This document shows, one piece after another, positions 30,101-38,032 of a stretch of 64,000 nucleotides of DNA. The notes beneath the pieces were generated by a model. It searched no databases and had not been told where the DNA came from. It saw only the letters and a list, made by a program, of their open reading frames with translations. Position numbers and translations under genes: made by a program. The stretch spans positions 13,069 to 77,068 of IMG/VR virus record IMGVR_UViG_3300033156_001279; one strand, 5' to 3'. The stretch is from a virus (lineage: Duplodnaviria; Heunggongvirae; Uroviricota; Caudoviricetes). The stretch's first letter is position 1. Every line of letters begins with the position of its first letter.

Positions 30101-31828
30101 AAGTTTCAGCATTCTATCTTTGCTTCTTAACATCACCAGATTATAAAGAGGAATAGCATTTGTGAAAGGAGTTGAAAATTTATCATAAACAAAATGCAAT
30201 CTTCTTCTAATCCACCAAGGAAGACTTCTAGCTATTCTAAATTCAATTATTCTTCTCATATCAAAACTCAACCATTCAGGTAAAAGAATATCCAAATCTC
30301 CTCTTGTTGCACCTCGGTTCACTATTCCTCCCGTAAGATAAACAAGCGGTCTTTGAATGGTAAAATTTTTAAAATAAGGCAATACCTCTTTCAAAACTAA
30401 GGTCTTTCCCATTCTCTTACCAGAAGTATAAATCGGCGCTGAATTCTCACTTAAATTGATAACCGTGTTATCTGTTGCTATGATGGCAGGAATTTTTGTT
30501 AACTCTTTAATTTTAGTTAACAAAACATCATCTCCATAACTCAGCGATTCTTTACCTAAATGAGTAATTATAATCTTTTTAACATTATCAACTGTATACC
30601 AATTCTTTAACTGATTGGCGATGCTACTATGACCATATGGTTCACCTGCTTTCCCTTTTCTTCTCGCCAAAGTTCTGGTAAGAGAAGAACCATCAATAAT
30701 TGCTAAATCCAATTTCTTAACATACTTTTCCTTATCTCCAGAATGCCAACCTAGGATATCTGTTGCTTGAAGAACTTTCTTATCACCCATTTGAATTATG
30801 AAAACATGCATTTTTGCCCGAATAGAATGAAGAACGGGAATTGGGGTTATTTTGAAGGGACCTAGATTAAAAGTCTTATAAGATTCATATTTTGCTCTGG
30901 TATCAATGTTGAAATCTTTATAAAGATTTGGAATTTCTTTTGCAGTTTCTTTGGAAACTATGACAGACATATCTTTCAAACCTAAAAGATGATCTGGGTG
31001 GGAGTGGCTAACCAAACAATAGTCTGGTTTAATTTCACTTAGGTTACCCTGATTTATCTCCCCGTAATCCACTAAAAGTCTTTTGCCTTTATACTCATAG
31101 AGAATCGCAGTATGGAACCTATGTCCAGGACCTTCTTCTTCAATTAAACCTTTTGTCCCGTAAAATGAAACTTTGTAACCTTCTTTGCTAAATCTTTCTT
31201 CAAATTTTTTTGATTCTTTATCTAAATTATCATCCATTACCTCATGTTTGAGTTTTCTTTTTAATATCTCATTCTTAATTAAAATGTGATAGTTGATACA
31301 TTCTTCTTTCGAAGCTGCTGATTGTTGCCATATTTTATGCAGTTTCTTATGCATATCCAAAAGTTCTTCATCGCTGAATTTAGCTGGATCACCAAAGTTC
31401 ATACTTTTGAAAGTTACACCTTCTAACCAAACCTGAGCACCTTTTGGTCTGATGATTTCTTTAGGAGGATCAAATTTCGAGATGAGTTCGATTGGGTAAT
31501 AGTACAAAGTCTTCTTCCCTTTCCACCACTTTCTGTATTCAGAATCTGAAATCTTATGAAATTTTCTCAGTTTCTTAAATTCTTTTAAATCAATCTTTCT
31601 GCCTTCTTTTAGTTCGATGATTCCTAAAGCTTTGTCTTCCTCAATCAAATACACTGGAATTCCAATATATTTCTTAAATAATCTTGAACTGACTATTGCT
31701 TTTTTCTTTCTTTGCCAAATCAAAGTACCATGGGGTTTCACCAAAATTTTTCCAGGCAACATAATTGTTCTTCCAGGCTGTATCAATTCAGGAATGTCTG
31801 ATGGAACTAACATTTTTGCAGAAATCAA
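27122..31828 (-). CDS. LigD-like multidomain DNA-end processing enzyme: MBL-fold + possible Pol-beta-type NTase + ATP-dependent ligase + two LigD 3'-phosphoesterase domains
   Basis: HSHPDH (HxHxDH) at aa 275-280. GG-x9-DLD at ~aa 500-513. Ligase motifs KYDG (648-651), DGE (669-671), EGNVCK (800-805), KVLEIKETK (~832-840). LigD PE signatures VVQHHY..HSDLRF..EGITPKGEVG..IIDRG..GGKLKGRWFF (aa ~1073-1225) and VLQWHW..HWDLRF..GKKLKGLWIL (~1413-1552). Confidence 0.6.
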   Translation of the reverse strand: MISAKMLVPSDIPELIQPGRTIMLPGKILVKPHGTLIWQRKKKAIVSSRLFKKYIGIPVYLIEEDKALGIIELKEGRKIDLKEFKKLRKFHKISDSEYRKWWKGKKTLYYYPIELISKFDPPKEIIRPKGAQVWLEGVTFKSMNFGDPAKFSDEELLDMHKKLHKIWQQSAASKEECINYHILIKNEILKRKLKHEVMDDNLDKESKKFEERFSKEGYKVSFYGTKGLIEEEGPGHRFHTAILYEYKGKRLLVDYGEINQGNLSEIKPDYCLVSHSHPDHLLGLKDMSVIVSKETAKEIPNLYKDFNIDTRAKYESYKTFNLGPFKITPIPVLHSIRAKMHVFIIQMGDKKVLQATDILGWHSGDKEKYVKKLDLAIIDGSSLTRTLARRKGKAGEPYGHSSIANQLKNWYTVDNVKKIIITHLGKESLSYGDDVLLTKIKELTKIPAIIATDNTVINLSENSAPIYTSGKRMGKTLVLKEVLPYFKNFTIQRPLVYLTGGIVNRGATRGDLDILLPEWLSFDMRRIIEFRIARSLPWWIRRRLHFVYDKFSTPFTNAIPLYNLVMLRSKDRMLKLSEIEKELREKPRVASAVKDAETSAREDKIKLFRFFLPLKPTRGYYPEKRQTIVLFTEVMEGIGKYPFYSTKKYDGFNCELHKKGNEIKIFSEDGEIITNRLPTLIEEVKRLTKEDCVLMAELEWWEDNDHKPREVIAGYMHQKGMPDDSHVVANVYDMPYFKIDIHNESFEKRLKLLESLPFKQRTWKIPDTKMKLNFAPYLLSKNRRELRKHTEFLRRLPGSEGNVCKTRDFKFNLKGIRSGMVKFHNSTAVYGKVLEIKETKVKEVYNYYFGLEPGKYKMKTEKLGNVFYHRSGRTFSTSLKANKGDVLEIEGETLNAEHDLTDDTWRISVWAPRVMRKVDRKADTVRETIERAKKNYCLQEKEITKEGKIIYLSEIEKLHLEQFRSEGMDEDLKNPKKRKRELIADLRYLGNAGFPRLKAGKKWGDWTMEDILRYFAKIVDVLHSIGIDIKPKKKTGSWYECWKRAEKYMKTKLKVEKLADPYMEYPKPEGKKKYVVQHHYRGKSCHSDLRFKYNEFLIGWTIADQIKGKIKEPVLSIAEAKKYDAQDIWKIDWKKGIPKLRPGIKPGFKEKYAEIAAMRKSREPVEWLNVEGITPKGEVGATKEYPGVFHIIDRGFCECGTQKSYFHEYFFSGGKLKGRWFFRQLRPAEFRGKIEKQEVIPPARETKFREEASWFLVKPLDETPYVISDVAVEKKWIPPKNISALPEKIKKKISKEFQYWKFEDKKKRLEVRDKLVEKLGKELVEKKLNPGASWARAAYRYVLSQQILTFWLRTPYPEKVKRVEKALQEFKELHPLKKEWLKDIITWLRKRPNDMKLIMVELLQIEKAKTVSFVLQWHWWRGQRVIRAGISKEHWDLRFNFPEREGLMHFVLSQNPLKNKEITAIWKPCKYKEWMEVSQYLPPANERAKMSEKELAKLPPGIEEANPTKATSSYIKIIDKGKAVVYEDSDSFKKFEFKGKKLKGLWILEREDASKFWVLKKSELPKPK

Positions 31829-31942
31829 ATCTAGTTATTTATGATAACGACCAATGAATAACCACTTCATTAGTCATCTTTTTGAATTTTAGCTGATAAA
31901 AGCCAACCACATTTTCGACAGTATTGCCTGCTTTCTTCATTT

Positions 31943-33415
31943 TTAGTTCCGCATCTGGGACAAATTTTTTTTCTTTTGGCCATCAGCATATTTCTGACCC
32001 AACTTAAAACATTTAATTTCCAAGTCGGGACCAGGTTTTAAATTTAATATACTATCTTTCAAAGACTGAGGAGTCTTTGGAGCATTTATTTTAAGCTCAT
32101 CACTTCTTCTTCGCTTTCCTTCTTCAAAAGATTTTAACAAATTCTTATTCCTTTTCTCTGTCTCTTCCTCTTTCTTATGAATCCACTTGAGTTTTAAATT
32201 CCTTGCAGTCTCATCAATTACTTCGTCCACAAAACCATCAGGCAATCGTTTAGAGTCTGCTATCTTAGAAAAGACCGTTTCCAAGAATTGAGCAGTCTGT
32301 CCAGTTATCTTCTCAAATTCAATTCTTGGATATGCTTGACTGCCAAAGTTCCAATCTATAAGGGGAGCCACAGCATAAGTATTCAAGGTAGATTCCATCT
32401 GATTCATAATAGATTGAATAGACAAGGTGGCATATTGAGAGCTTTGGGTTCCTTTCCCATATGGATAAGCATATTTAATCTGATCTAAGACCTGCACCAA
32501 AGCTGACTTACTCATTTCACTATTATGATGTTCAATTAAAGGAAGAGGATCAAAACCTTTTTCACCACCTCTCTGAATTTCAAGTTCAATTCCTGGAGGC
32601 AAAGTCACTCTTGAATTAACTCCAAGAGTATCCACCACTTCTTCTGCTCTCTCTCTTTCTTGAGGAGTGGTAGTCTGTCCAATTTTTAATATTTTCAAAC
32701 CCAATGTGTCCAACTCGGCCTTTTTATGAGTTAAATAATATAACTTATGTTTTTTGTCATAATGATACCAGGCCGTCTTTAATATAGATTCGCCATAAAG
32801 CCAATGTTTTTCTTTTTGAAAGGTAAATAAAAGACACTTTTCAGGAGGAAAGTCTATAGAGACGGTTTCTCCCCCAAATGTTGCATCCTGATGTGCTCCA
32901 GCAAAACCGCCATGCTTATCAGGTTTTAAGGTAATAGTTTGAGCATCCCTCGGAGCTAATTTTTTCCAACCCACTTTACCTTTGTACTTACCATCGGGAA
33001 TTATTCTGGCTACTTTCTCATAAAGTCTAAATCCCTCAAAAATTGCTCTGGTCATATCAGCCACAATAAAAGGAAGTGGGGTAGTCATCCCACCTTGACC
33101 TGGAGGATTCATAAAAACCATTTCTATAAAGTCTCTTTCTCCCTTATCTCCTTCTGCTGGAAGAATATGAATAGGAGTTGAAATTATAGGTAAAGTCAGA
33201 AGTCTAACTATAGCCTGTATTTCACCATCATTGCTCTGCATCTGAATATAATCTTCGGGAGTCAATTCATCTGGATTTTCTTCTGTTTCATACGAGCTTA
33301 AGACTCCTTCACGAGCCAAACCGAACTCTTTCATAAACTCGCTGATAGTCAAAACCTTCCTTTCTTTCTTACTCCTTTTTTTTCTCTTAAAAAAATTAGG
33401 AATTTTTATATTCAC
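31943..33415 (-). CDS. portal protein (putative)
   Basis: 490 aa, upstream (in transcription order) of the protease/scaffold and MCP. Acidic, with size and position typical of portals. No diagnostic motif was verified. Confidence 0.4.
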   Translation of the reverse strand: MNIKIPNFFKRKKRSKKERKVLTISEFMKEFGLAREGVLSSYETEENPDELTPEDYIQMQSNDGEIQAIVRLLTLPIISTPIHILPAEGDKGERDFIEMVFMNPPGQGGMTTPLPFIVADMTRAIFEGFRLYEKVARIIPDGKYKGKVGWKKLAPRDAQTITLKPDKHGGFAGAHQDATFGGETVSIDFPPEKCLLFTFQKEKHWLYGESILKTAWYHYDKKHKLYYLTHKKAELDTLGLKILKIGQTTTPQERERAEEVVDTLGVNSRVTLPPGIELEIQRGGEKGFDPLPLIEHHNSEMSKSALVQVLDQIKYAYPYGKGTQSSQYATLSIQSIMNQMESTLNTYAVAPLIDWNFGSQAYPRIEFEKITGQTAQFLETVFSKIADSKRLPDGFVDEVIDETARNLKLKWIHKKEEETEKRNKNLLKSFEEGKRRRSDELKINAPKTPQSLKDSILNLKPGPDLEIKCFKLGQKYADGQKKKNLSQMRN

Positions 33416-33461
33416 AATTCGAAAATTTTAAGAACTTATTAACTAGATCGATTTTAACTCA

Positions 33462-34100
33462 TTAATTCTTGGTCATCTGATTAATCTCACCACCTGAGAA
33501 CTCCGCAATCCACAAGTATCTCCCGTCTGTTGTAATTCCGCATGGATGCGAAATCGTTGCTGTAACATCTATCATTTTAATAACATTACCCTGCATGTCC
33601 ATTTGACAAATCTTTTTGTTTGAGTAATCTGTCCACCACAAATATTTCCCGTCTGTTGTAATATCCATTGGATAGGTAGTAATCGCTGAAACATCTATTG
33701 ATTTTATGACATTGCCATTTCTGTCTAACTTATGAATTGCATCAGTAGAGCTTTCAGTTATCCACAAGTATTTTCCGTCAAACGTAATTCCCCGGTCATA
33801 TGCTACACTGCCAGAGGGAATAAAGGAACGGATTAAATTACCCTGCTTATCTGATTGTATGATGCCTACTCCAGGGCCAATCCACCAAAGATATTTCTTA
33901 TCAAAAGCTGTGATTCCTCGTGGGCTTGCAGTTATTCCTGAAATATCTATTGTTTTTATCAGATTTCCCTGCTTGTCCAACTGATAGACATTATCATTGT
34001 CGTCACCTGTTACCCATAAATACTTTCCGTCTGTTGTGATACCTCGAAGAACACCATCTATTGCAGAAATATTAAGAGTTTTAATAATTGAAGCTGCCAT
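33462..34100 (-). CDS. 5-bladed beta-propeller-like repeat protein
   Basis: Five ~42-aa repeats (RGITTDGKYLWVT....DKQGNLIK.IDIS.IT..P) tile the whole 212 aa. Confidence 0.45.
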   Translation of the reverse strand: MAASIIKTLNISAIDGVLRGITTDGKYLWVTGDDNDNVYQLDKQGNLIKTIDISGITASPRGITAFDKKYLWWIGPGVGIIQSDKQGNLIRSFIPSGSVAYDRGITFDGKYLWITESSTDAIHKLDRNGNVIKSIDVSAITTYPMDITTDGKYLWWTDYSNKKICQMDMQGNVIKMIDVTATISHPCGITTDGRYLWIAEFSGGEINQMTKN

Positions 34101-34103
34101 TTT

Positions 34104-34490
34104 CTATCGATAGAGCTCTATATAAGCTGAAACGGTAAAAAAGGTTCCCCCATCAGTTCCAGCACTGGTAATCTTCAACCTAAGGTCTCTGGCAAAACAA
34201 GGTCCTTTTAACACTTCCTTCAAATCACCTTGATCCAGGGTATATCTTAAATCTCCCCAAAAATCATTTTGAAGATCAAACCAAGTATCTCCCCCGTCAG
34301 CAGAACCTTGAATTGTAAAAACTAAAGTTTCATCAGTATAAGAACCAGTGGTTGAAATATCCAAATATAGTGCAAATTCCGAGAAAGTATAAGAATTAAT
34401 CTTCTTTGAATATTGAGTTTCTGCACCCTTCTTAAAGACTTGGTCGGAAAATAGAGTCTTTACTTTTGATCTTTTGGTTAAATAATCCAT
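34104..34490 (-). CDS. hypothetical protein (128 aa)
   Basis: ORF in the late operon. Called on context only. Confidence 0.3.
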   Translation of the reverse strand: MDYLTKRSKVKTLFSDQVFKKGAETQYSKKINSYTFSEFALYLDISTTGSYTDETLVFTIQGSADGGDTWFDLQNDFWGDLRYTLDQGDLKEVLKGPCFARDLRLKITSAGTDGGTFFTVSAYIELYR

Positions 34491-34536
34491 ATGCTTAAAA
34501 AGAAGATGTTATCTTGCTTTAGTTATCTAGAACCGA

Positions 34537-35496
34537 TTATTTTCTAGTTAAAACTAAATGAATAACTCTATCGGAGAGTTCGACTCTCTCTCCAGTATAA
34601 TTCTCATTTTCAAGTGCTATCAGCCTCCAGTCTTTGCTTTTAGAAATAACTTTTTCCTGGAAATCAGACTGAAGAAGAATTTTGACGAATTCTTTGCCTC
34701 TCTCTTCTTTAAATTCAAATGGCAGATGTTCTTTCAATTTAGAAATTTTCTCTCCTTCCTTCTCTATCACTTTTTCTCTCATAATTTCCCAAGATTCAGG
34801 CAAATCAAAGACTTCTAAACCTGGTACCCCCTCTAAATCCAAAAGAGCCATGCCAACTTGATTCTCAAATCTGGGTATTTGGTTCAGAATAGATTTAATC
34901 TTTTCTGAGAAAGTCTTGAGATTCCCTTCTAAATCATCCGAACCAGCAAAATTAGTTTCCTCAATTATAGGAATCTCTCCTGCAGTTGTGGACAAGTCAT
35001 ATAACCTTCCCGTGAAATTTTGAGAAGTAGAACTAACCGCATTCCAAATTGTTCTTTGCTCCACATTCCTCATTTTAAAATTGGTATGAGACAAATAAGA
35101 ATCAAAATTGGAAGTAGCTATTCCCGAGGAAGTCATAGTAGATCCGGTATAAATTCCTTTAGAGGCATGAACGCAACGCACATCTATTCCAACTTTCTCT
35201 CCTGGCATAATCAAATAACTCCTAACAGCTATTCTCTCTTGAGTATCACCAGAAAAAATCTCACTCATTCTGATGTAAACTGGTTTTTTCTCGTTATTCT
35301 CCACTTCTACTTTGTTAATTTTGCCAGTATCCGTTATCTTAACATTTTTAGCCTCAGATAAAAGAAGATAATTCCTCCTTTTTCGAGTCTTTCTTAAAAT
35401 AGGAAGAATAGCCACTATCGAATCCTTGTTATATCTCCAACTTTTGCCGAAGGAGAATCCATCCTTCTCTTCGGCGATGCATTGACAAAAGTTCAT
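34537..35496 (-). CDS. hypothetical protein (319 aa), first gene of the leftward operon
   Basis: ORF downstream of the candidate late promoter at 35547-35576. Confidence 0.3.
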   Translation of the reverse strand: MNFCQCIAEEKDGFSFGKSWRYNKDSIVAILPILRKTRKRRNYLLLSEAKNVKITDTGKINKVEVENNEKKPVYIRMSEIFSGDTQERIAVRSYLIMPGEKVGIDVRCVHASKGIYTGSTMTSSGIATSNFDSYLSHTNFKMRNVEQRTIWNAVSSTSQNFTGRLYDLSTTAGEIPIIEETNFAGSDDLEGNLKTFSEKIKSILNQIPRFENQVGMALLDLEGVPGLEVFDLPESWEIMREKVIEKEGEKISKLKEHLPFEFKEERGKEFVKILLQSDFQEKVISKSKDWRLIALENENYTGERVELSDRVIHLVLTRK

Positions 35497-35546
35497 AATT
35501 TAAATTCTAGATTTTTAAAGAACAAGATAACATCTTCCTTAACTTA

Positions 35547-35576
35547 ATAATAAACACTGAATAATTAAAAGGTCAA
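35547..35576 (-). promoter_or_regulatory. candidate promoter for the leftward structural operon: -35 TTGACC, 18-nt spacer, -10 TATTAT
   Basis: Reverse complement of 35571-35576 is TTGACC. Reverse complement of 35547-35552 is TATTAT. Confidence 0.3.
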
Positions 35577-35704
35577 GTCTTTTATCATAAGAAATATAAA
35601 TAATGCGGTTAGCTGTTTGTTAAAGTAGCGAGTTTGGGATTTTTGTTGTGGGTGGGAGGGGGCTAGGAGGTTCCCCTTTTTCTTCTTTCTTTTTTTTTAT
35701 CCTT

Positions 35705-35850
35705 CTTTATCTGGTCCGGTTTTATTTGGTCCGGTTTTCTTTTTATTTCTTTTTAATCTCTGATCTCTGGTCCTGGTCCCGGTACTGGTCCTGATCTCTG
35801 GTCTCCAGTCTCCGGTCTCCGGTCTCCCTCTGGTCTCCGGTCTGGTTTTA
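35705..35850. repeat. GGTC-core short tandem repeat array in the divergent intergenic region
   Basis: ctGGTCCGGTTTTatt x2 (35711-35742), then GGTCCTGGTCCCGGTACTGGTCCTGATCTCTGGTCTCCAGTCTCCGGTCTCCGGTCTCCCTCTGGTCTCCGGTCTGG. About 14 GGTC units, including CGGTCTC x3 in tandem. Confidence 0.6.
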
Positions 35851-35871
35851 TACTCAAAAGAAGTTTTCCCC

Positions 35872-35900
35872 TTGACGGGGGGGCTTGATTTTGCTAAACT
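35872..35900 (+). promoter_or_regulatory. sigma70-type promoter P1: TTGACG-gggggg-N-TAAACT
   Basis: -35 TTGACG at 35872-35877, 17-nt spacer, -10 TAAACT at 35895-35900, followed by AAAGG. Shares the ggg-after-minus-35 architecture with the other promoters listed below. Confidence 0.4.
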
Positions 35901-35971
35901 AAAGGTAGGTGTGAATAACTCAAAAGGTCCATTAAAAATTAAATACTACTTGCCGGGGTAGTTAAAAAAAA

Positions 35972-36187
35972 ATGAGTAAAAAAGATTATATTAGGATCGC
36001 AGACGCAATCTCACATTTCCTCAATAGCACAGAGGAGAAAATTGACTTAGAGGGTCTAATTGCTTGTTTTTATGAAGAGCTAACAAGGGACAATTACCGT
36101 TTTGATATAGATAGATTTGTTATGTATCTTAGAAATAGAGTAAGACCGGATAAATTGAAAATGTATAAAAGCATCCTATCCAAATAG
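35972..36187 (+). CDS. hypothetical early protein (71 aa)
   Basis: First ORF of the rightward block. Confidence 0.4.
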   Translation: MSKKDYIRIADAISHFLNSTEEKIDLEGLIACFYEELTRDNYRFDIDRFVMYLRNRVRPDKLKMYKSILSK

Positions 36188-36341
36188 TATGAAGAAGCTT
36201 CAATTTGAAACTTTTGACGAATACCTGAAAAGAAGAAAAGAAGAAAAGAAAGAAAATAGAAATCTTATAAGGTTCTATTGTCTGTTGTTCTTAATGCTTG
36301 CCGTTGTTCTTCTTCTTCTTTACTTTTAAAGGGTTTTAGTT

Positions 36342-36376
36342 GGTAGCTTTAAAGTCCCCGGCGCTTTAAAGCTACC
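36342..36376 (+). promoter_or_regulatory. perfect 13-bp-stem hairpin GGTAGCTTTAAAG-tccccggcg-CTTTAAAGCTACC
   Basis: Seen directly in sequence. Lies downstream of ORF 35972-36187 and is followed by AAAGGTC. Confidence 0.5.
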
Positions 36377-36402
36377 CCTAAAGGTCTTTAAAAGATCTAA
36401 TG

Positions 36403-36422
36403 AAAGAGGTTGCCGGCTCTTT
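36403..36422 (+). promoter_or_regulatory. SD-containing hairpin AAAGAG-gttgccgg-CTCTTT, 12 nt upstream of the ATG
   Basis: Seen directly. A second copy sits at 36978-36998 (AAAGGAG-gttgccgg-CTCTTT) before ORF 37010. Confidence 0.45.
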
Positions 36423-36434
36423 TAAAAATGAAAA

Positions 36435-36767
36435 ATGAAAAAACAATATAATTTGAGGGGTTTTTATACCATTACATTCTGGGGTGGTGGAACTGGTTTT
36501 AAACATATCAATATAATTACAGATGAAGAGGGTTTGAAAAAGATAAGAAAAGAACCTTTACAGGATTACATATCTTTTGGGGTGGAGAGTGTGGATTATG
36601 TATCTTTTGAAGTGTATTTAACAGAGATTAAAGAAGAAGAAGACAAAACAATAAAAACAGAATATCTTGAACCTGTTGAAAGAATTGAGGCGGGTAAGTA
36701 TAAATTATCTTCAAAAGAAGAAGAAGCATTATTTGAAGATTTAGAAATAGCAAAGATTAACTATTAG
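36435..36767 (+). CDS. hypothetical protein (110 aa)
   Basis: ORF. The earlier ATG at 36428 is out of frame and hits a stop after 7 codons. Confidence 0.4.
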   Translation: MKKQYNLRGFYTITFWGGGTGFKHINIITDEEGLKKIRKEPLQDYISFGVESVDYVSFEVYLTEIKEEEDKTIKTEYLEPVERIEAGKYKLSSKEEEALFEDLEIAKINY

Positions 36768-36781
36768 TTTTTATTCTTTTA

Positions 36782-36815
36782 GTTAGCATCAAACATCCGG
36801 CGGTTTGGTGCTAAC
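36782..36815 (+). promoter_or_regulatory. conserved RNA hairpin element, copy 1 (loop ATCCGGCGG)
   Basis: GTTAGCATCAAAC-atccggcgg-TTTGGTGCTAAC. The flanking ..attcttttagt and acaataaagRat are also conserved with copy 2. Confidence 0.5.
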
Positions 36816-36934
36816 AATAAAGAATGAAAGCTCATCTTTAAAAAAATGAAGCCGTGAGAGGCGATTTAAGAGGTTTAAATGATAGGGTTAATGGTTTAGG
36901 TCATCTATTTTGGTCCAATTTGAAGTTTAGCTAT

Positions 36935-36962
36935 TGACAGGGGGTCTTGGTTTTGCTAAAAT
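36935..36962 (+). promoter_or_regulatory. sigma70-type promoter P2: TTGACA-ggggg-N-TAAAAT
   Basis: -35 at 36935-36940, 16-nt spacer, -10 TAAAAT at 36957-36962. Confidence 0.4.
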
Positions 36963-37009
36963 TAAGAATAGATAACTAAAGGAGGTTGCCGGCTCTTTCA
37001 CAATAAAAA

Positions 37010-37261
37010 ATGAATAAAAAACAAATAAAAGCAATCTTAGAGGAAGTTAGGAATGAATTAAAAGAAGATAAGAAATGGGAGCATCAAGTTAAGAAATGGA
37101 AGAAAAACAAAGTAAAAACCACCTCCGAAGATTTTGTGAATTGGTTAAAGAAAAACAGACAGGATTTAGTTCAAAAGATCTCCCAGTTAAGTTGTAAGGA
37201 AGTATGGGATGAAGGGTTTTTAGTTGCTGGAATTGTATGGAGTAGCTTAATGAAAAAATAA
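37010..37261 (+). CDS. hypothetical protein (83 aa)
   Basis: ORF preceded by an SD hairpin. Confidence 0.4.
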   Translation: MNKKQIKAILEEVRNELKEDKKWEHQVKKWKKNKVKTTSEDFVNWLKKNRQDLVQKISQLSCKEVWDEGFLVAGIVWSSLMKK

Positions 37262-37287
37262 ACAAAACATTTAATTGTATTCTTTTA

Positions 37288-37321
37288 GTCAGCATCAGTC
37301 ATCCGGCGGGCTGGTGTTGAC
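37288..37321 (+). promoter_or_regulatory. conserved RNA hairpin element, copy 2 (loop ATCCGGCGG; stem holds with G-U wobbles)
   Basis: GTCAGCATCAG(tc)-atccggcgg-GCTGGTGTTGAC. The primary sequence differs from copy 1 in the stem, but pairing is kept through G-U wobble. That is compensatory-type conservation. Confidence 0.5.
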
Positions 37322-37380
37322 AATAAAGGATATAAACTAAAGGTCGTTTATTAAAAATTAAATAAAATAAAATATAAAAT

Positions 37381-37581
37381 ATGAGTAGAAAATATATTAT
37401 TAAGGATTTAGGCGATGGCTGGTATGATTTTAGTAAAATACCCCAGAATAAAAGCTACATAAAGATTGGTGCGGTGATGTGTAAAAGTCCAGAAAAAGCA
37501 CAAAAACAAGCCCTTCATATTTTAGAGGTCAATGGTTTGATTCCTACCAGTCCTGATGGTGCTGAAGTAATAATAAAATAA
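37381..37581 (+). CDS. hypothetical protein (66 aa)
   Basis: ORF. Confidence 0.35.
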   Translation: MSRKYIIKDLGDGWYDFSKIPQNKSYIKIGAVMCKSPEKAQKQALHILEVNGLIPTSPDGAEVIIK

Positions 37582-37619
37582 TCAAAAAAAAGGTCGTAAG
37601 TAAAAACAAATAATGAAAA

Positions 37620-37937
37620 ATGAATAAAAAAGAATTAGAATTACAACAAAAAGGAGCAGAATTAGTATCCCGGCACATCTTACATAATTTAAGCTTGACA
37701 GCAGAAAAAGAATTAAAAGAAAACCCGGAGTTATTAGATGAGGCGAAAAATTATGATTATGGAGAAAGTGAGATTTACGAGTTTTGGGCGGTTGATGAGT
37801 GGTTAGCGAATAAGTTAGAAAATAAGGGCGAGATAATTTTTAAAATGTTGGATTTTATAGTTTGGGGCAGACAAACAACGGGACAAGCAATCAAAATGGA
37901 TAATGTAATTCAAGAAATAGCAGAAGAAACATTTTAG
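37620..37937 (+). CDS. hypothetical protein (105 aa)
   Basis: ORF. Confidence 0.4.
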   Translation: MNKKELELQQKGAELVSRHILHNLSLTAEKELKENPELLDEAKNYDYGESEIYEFWAVDEWLANKLENKGEIIFKMLDFIVWGRQTTGQAIKMDNVIQEIAEETF

Positions 37938-38032
37938 GTTCTTTACTCCCTCTTGATTATCCAGCAATAGTTAGGAGGGAGAAAAGAGGATAAAATTAAA
38001 AAGGTCGCATATTAAAATTAAAAAACAATAAT

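Noticed and set aside
35645-35665. Possible G-quadruplex GGGTGGGAGGGGG
   Set aside because: Only three solid G tracts, so a fourth is missing. At most a weak G4. Kept only as part of the control-region description.
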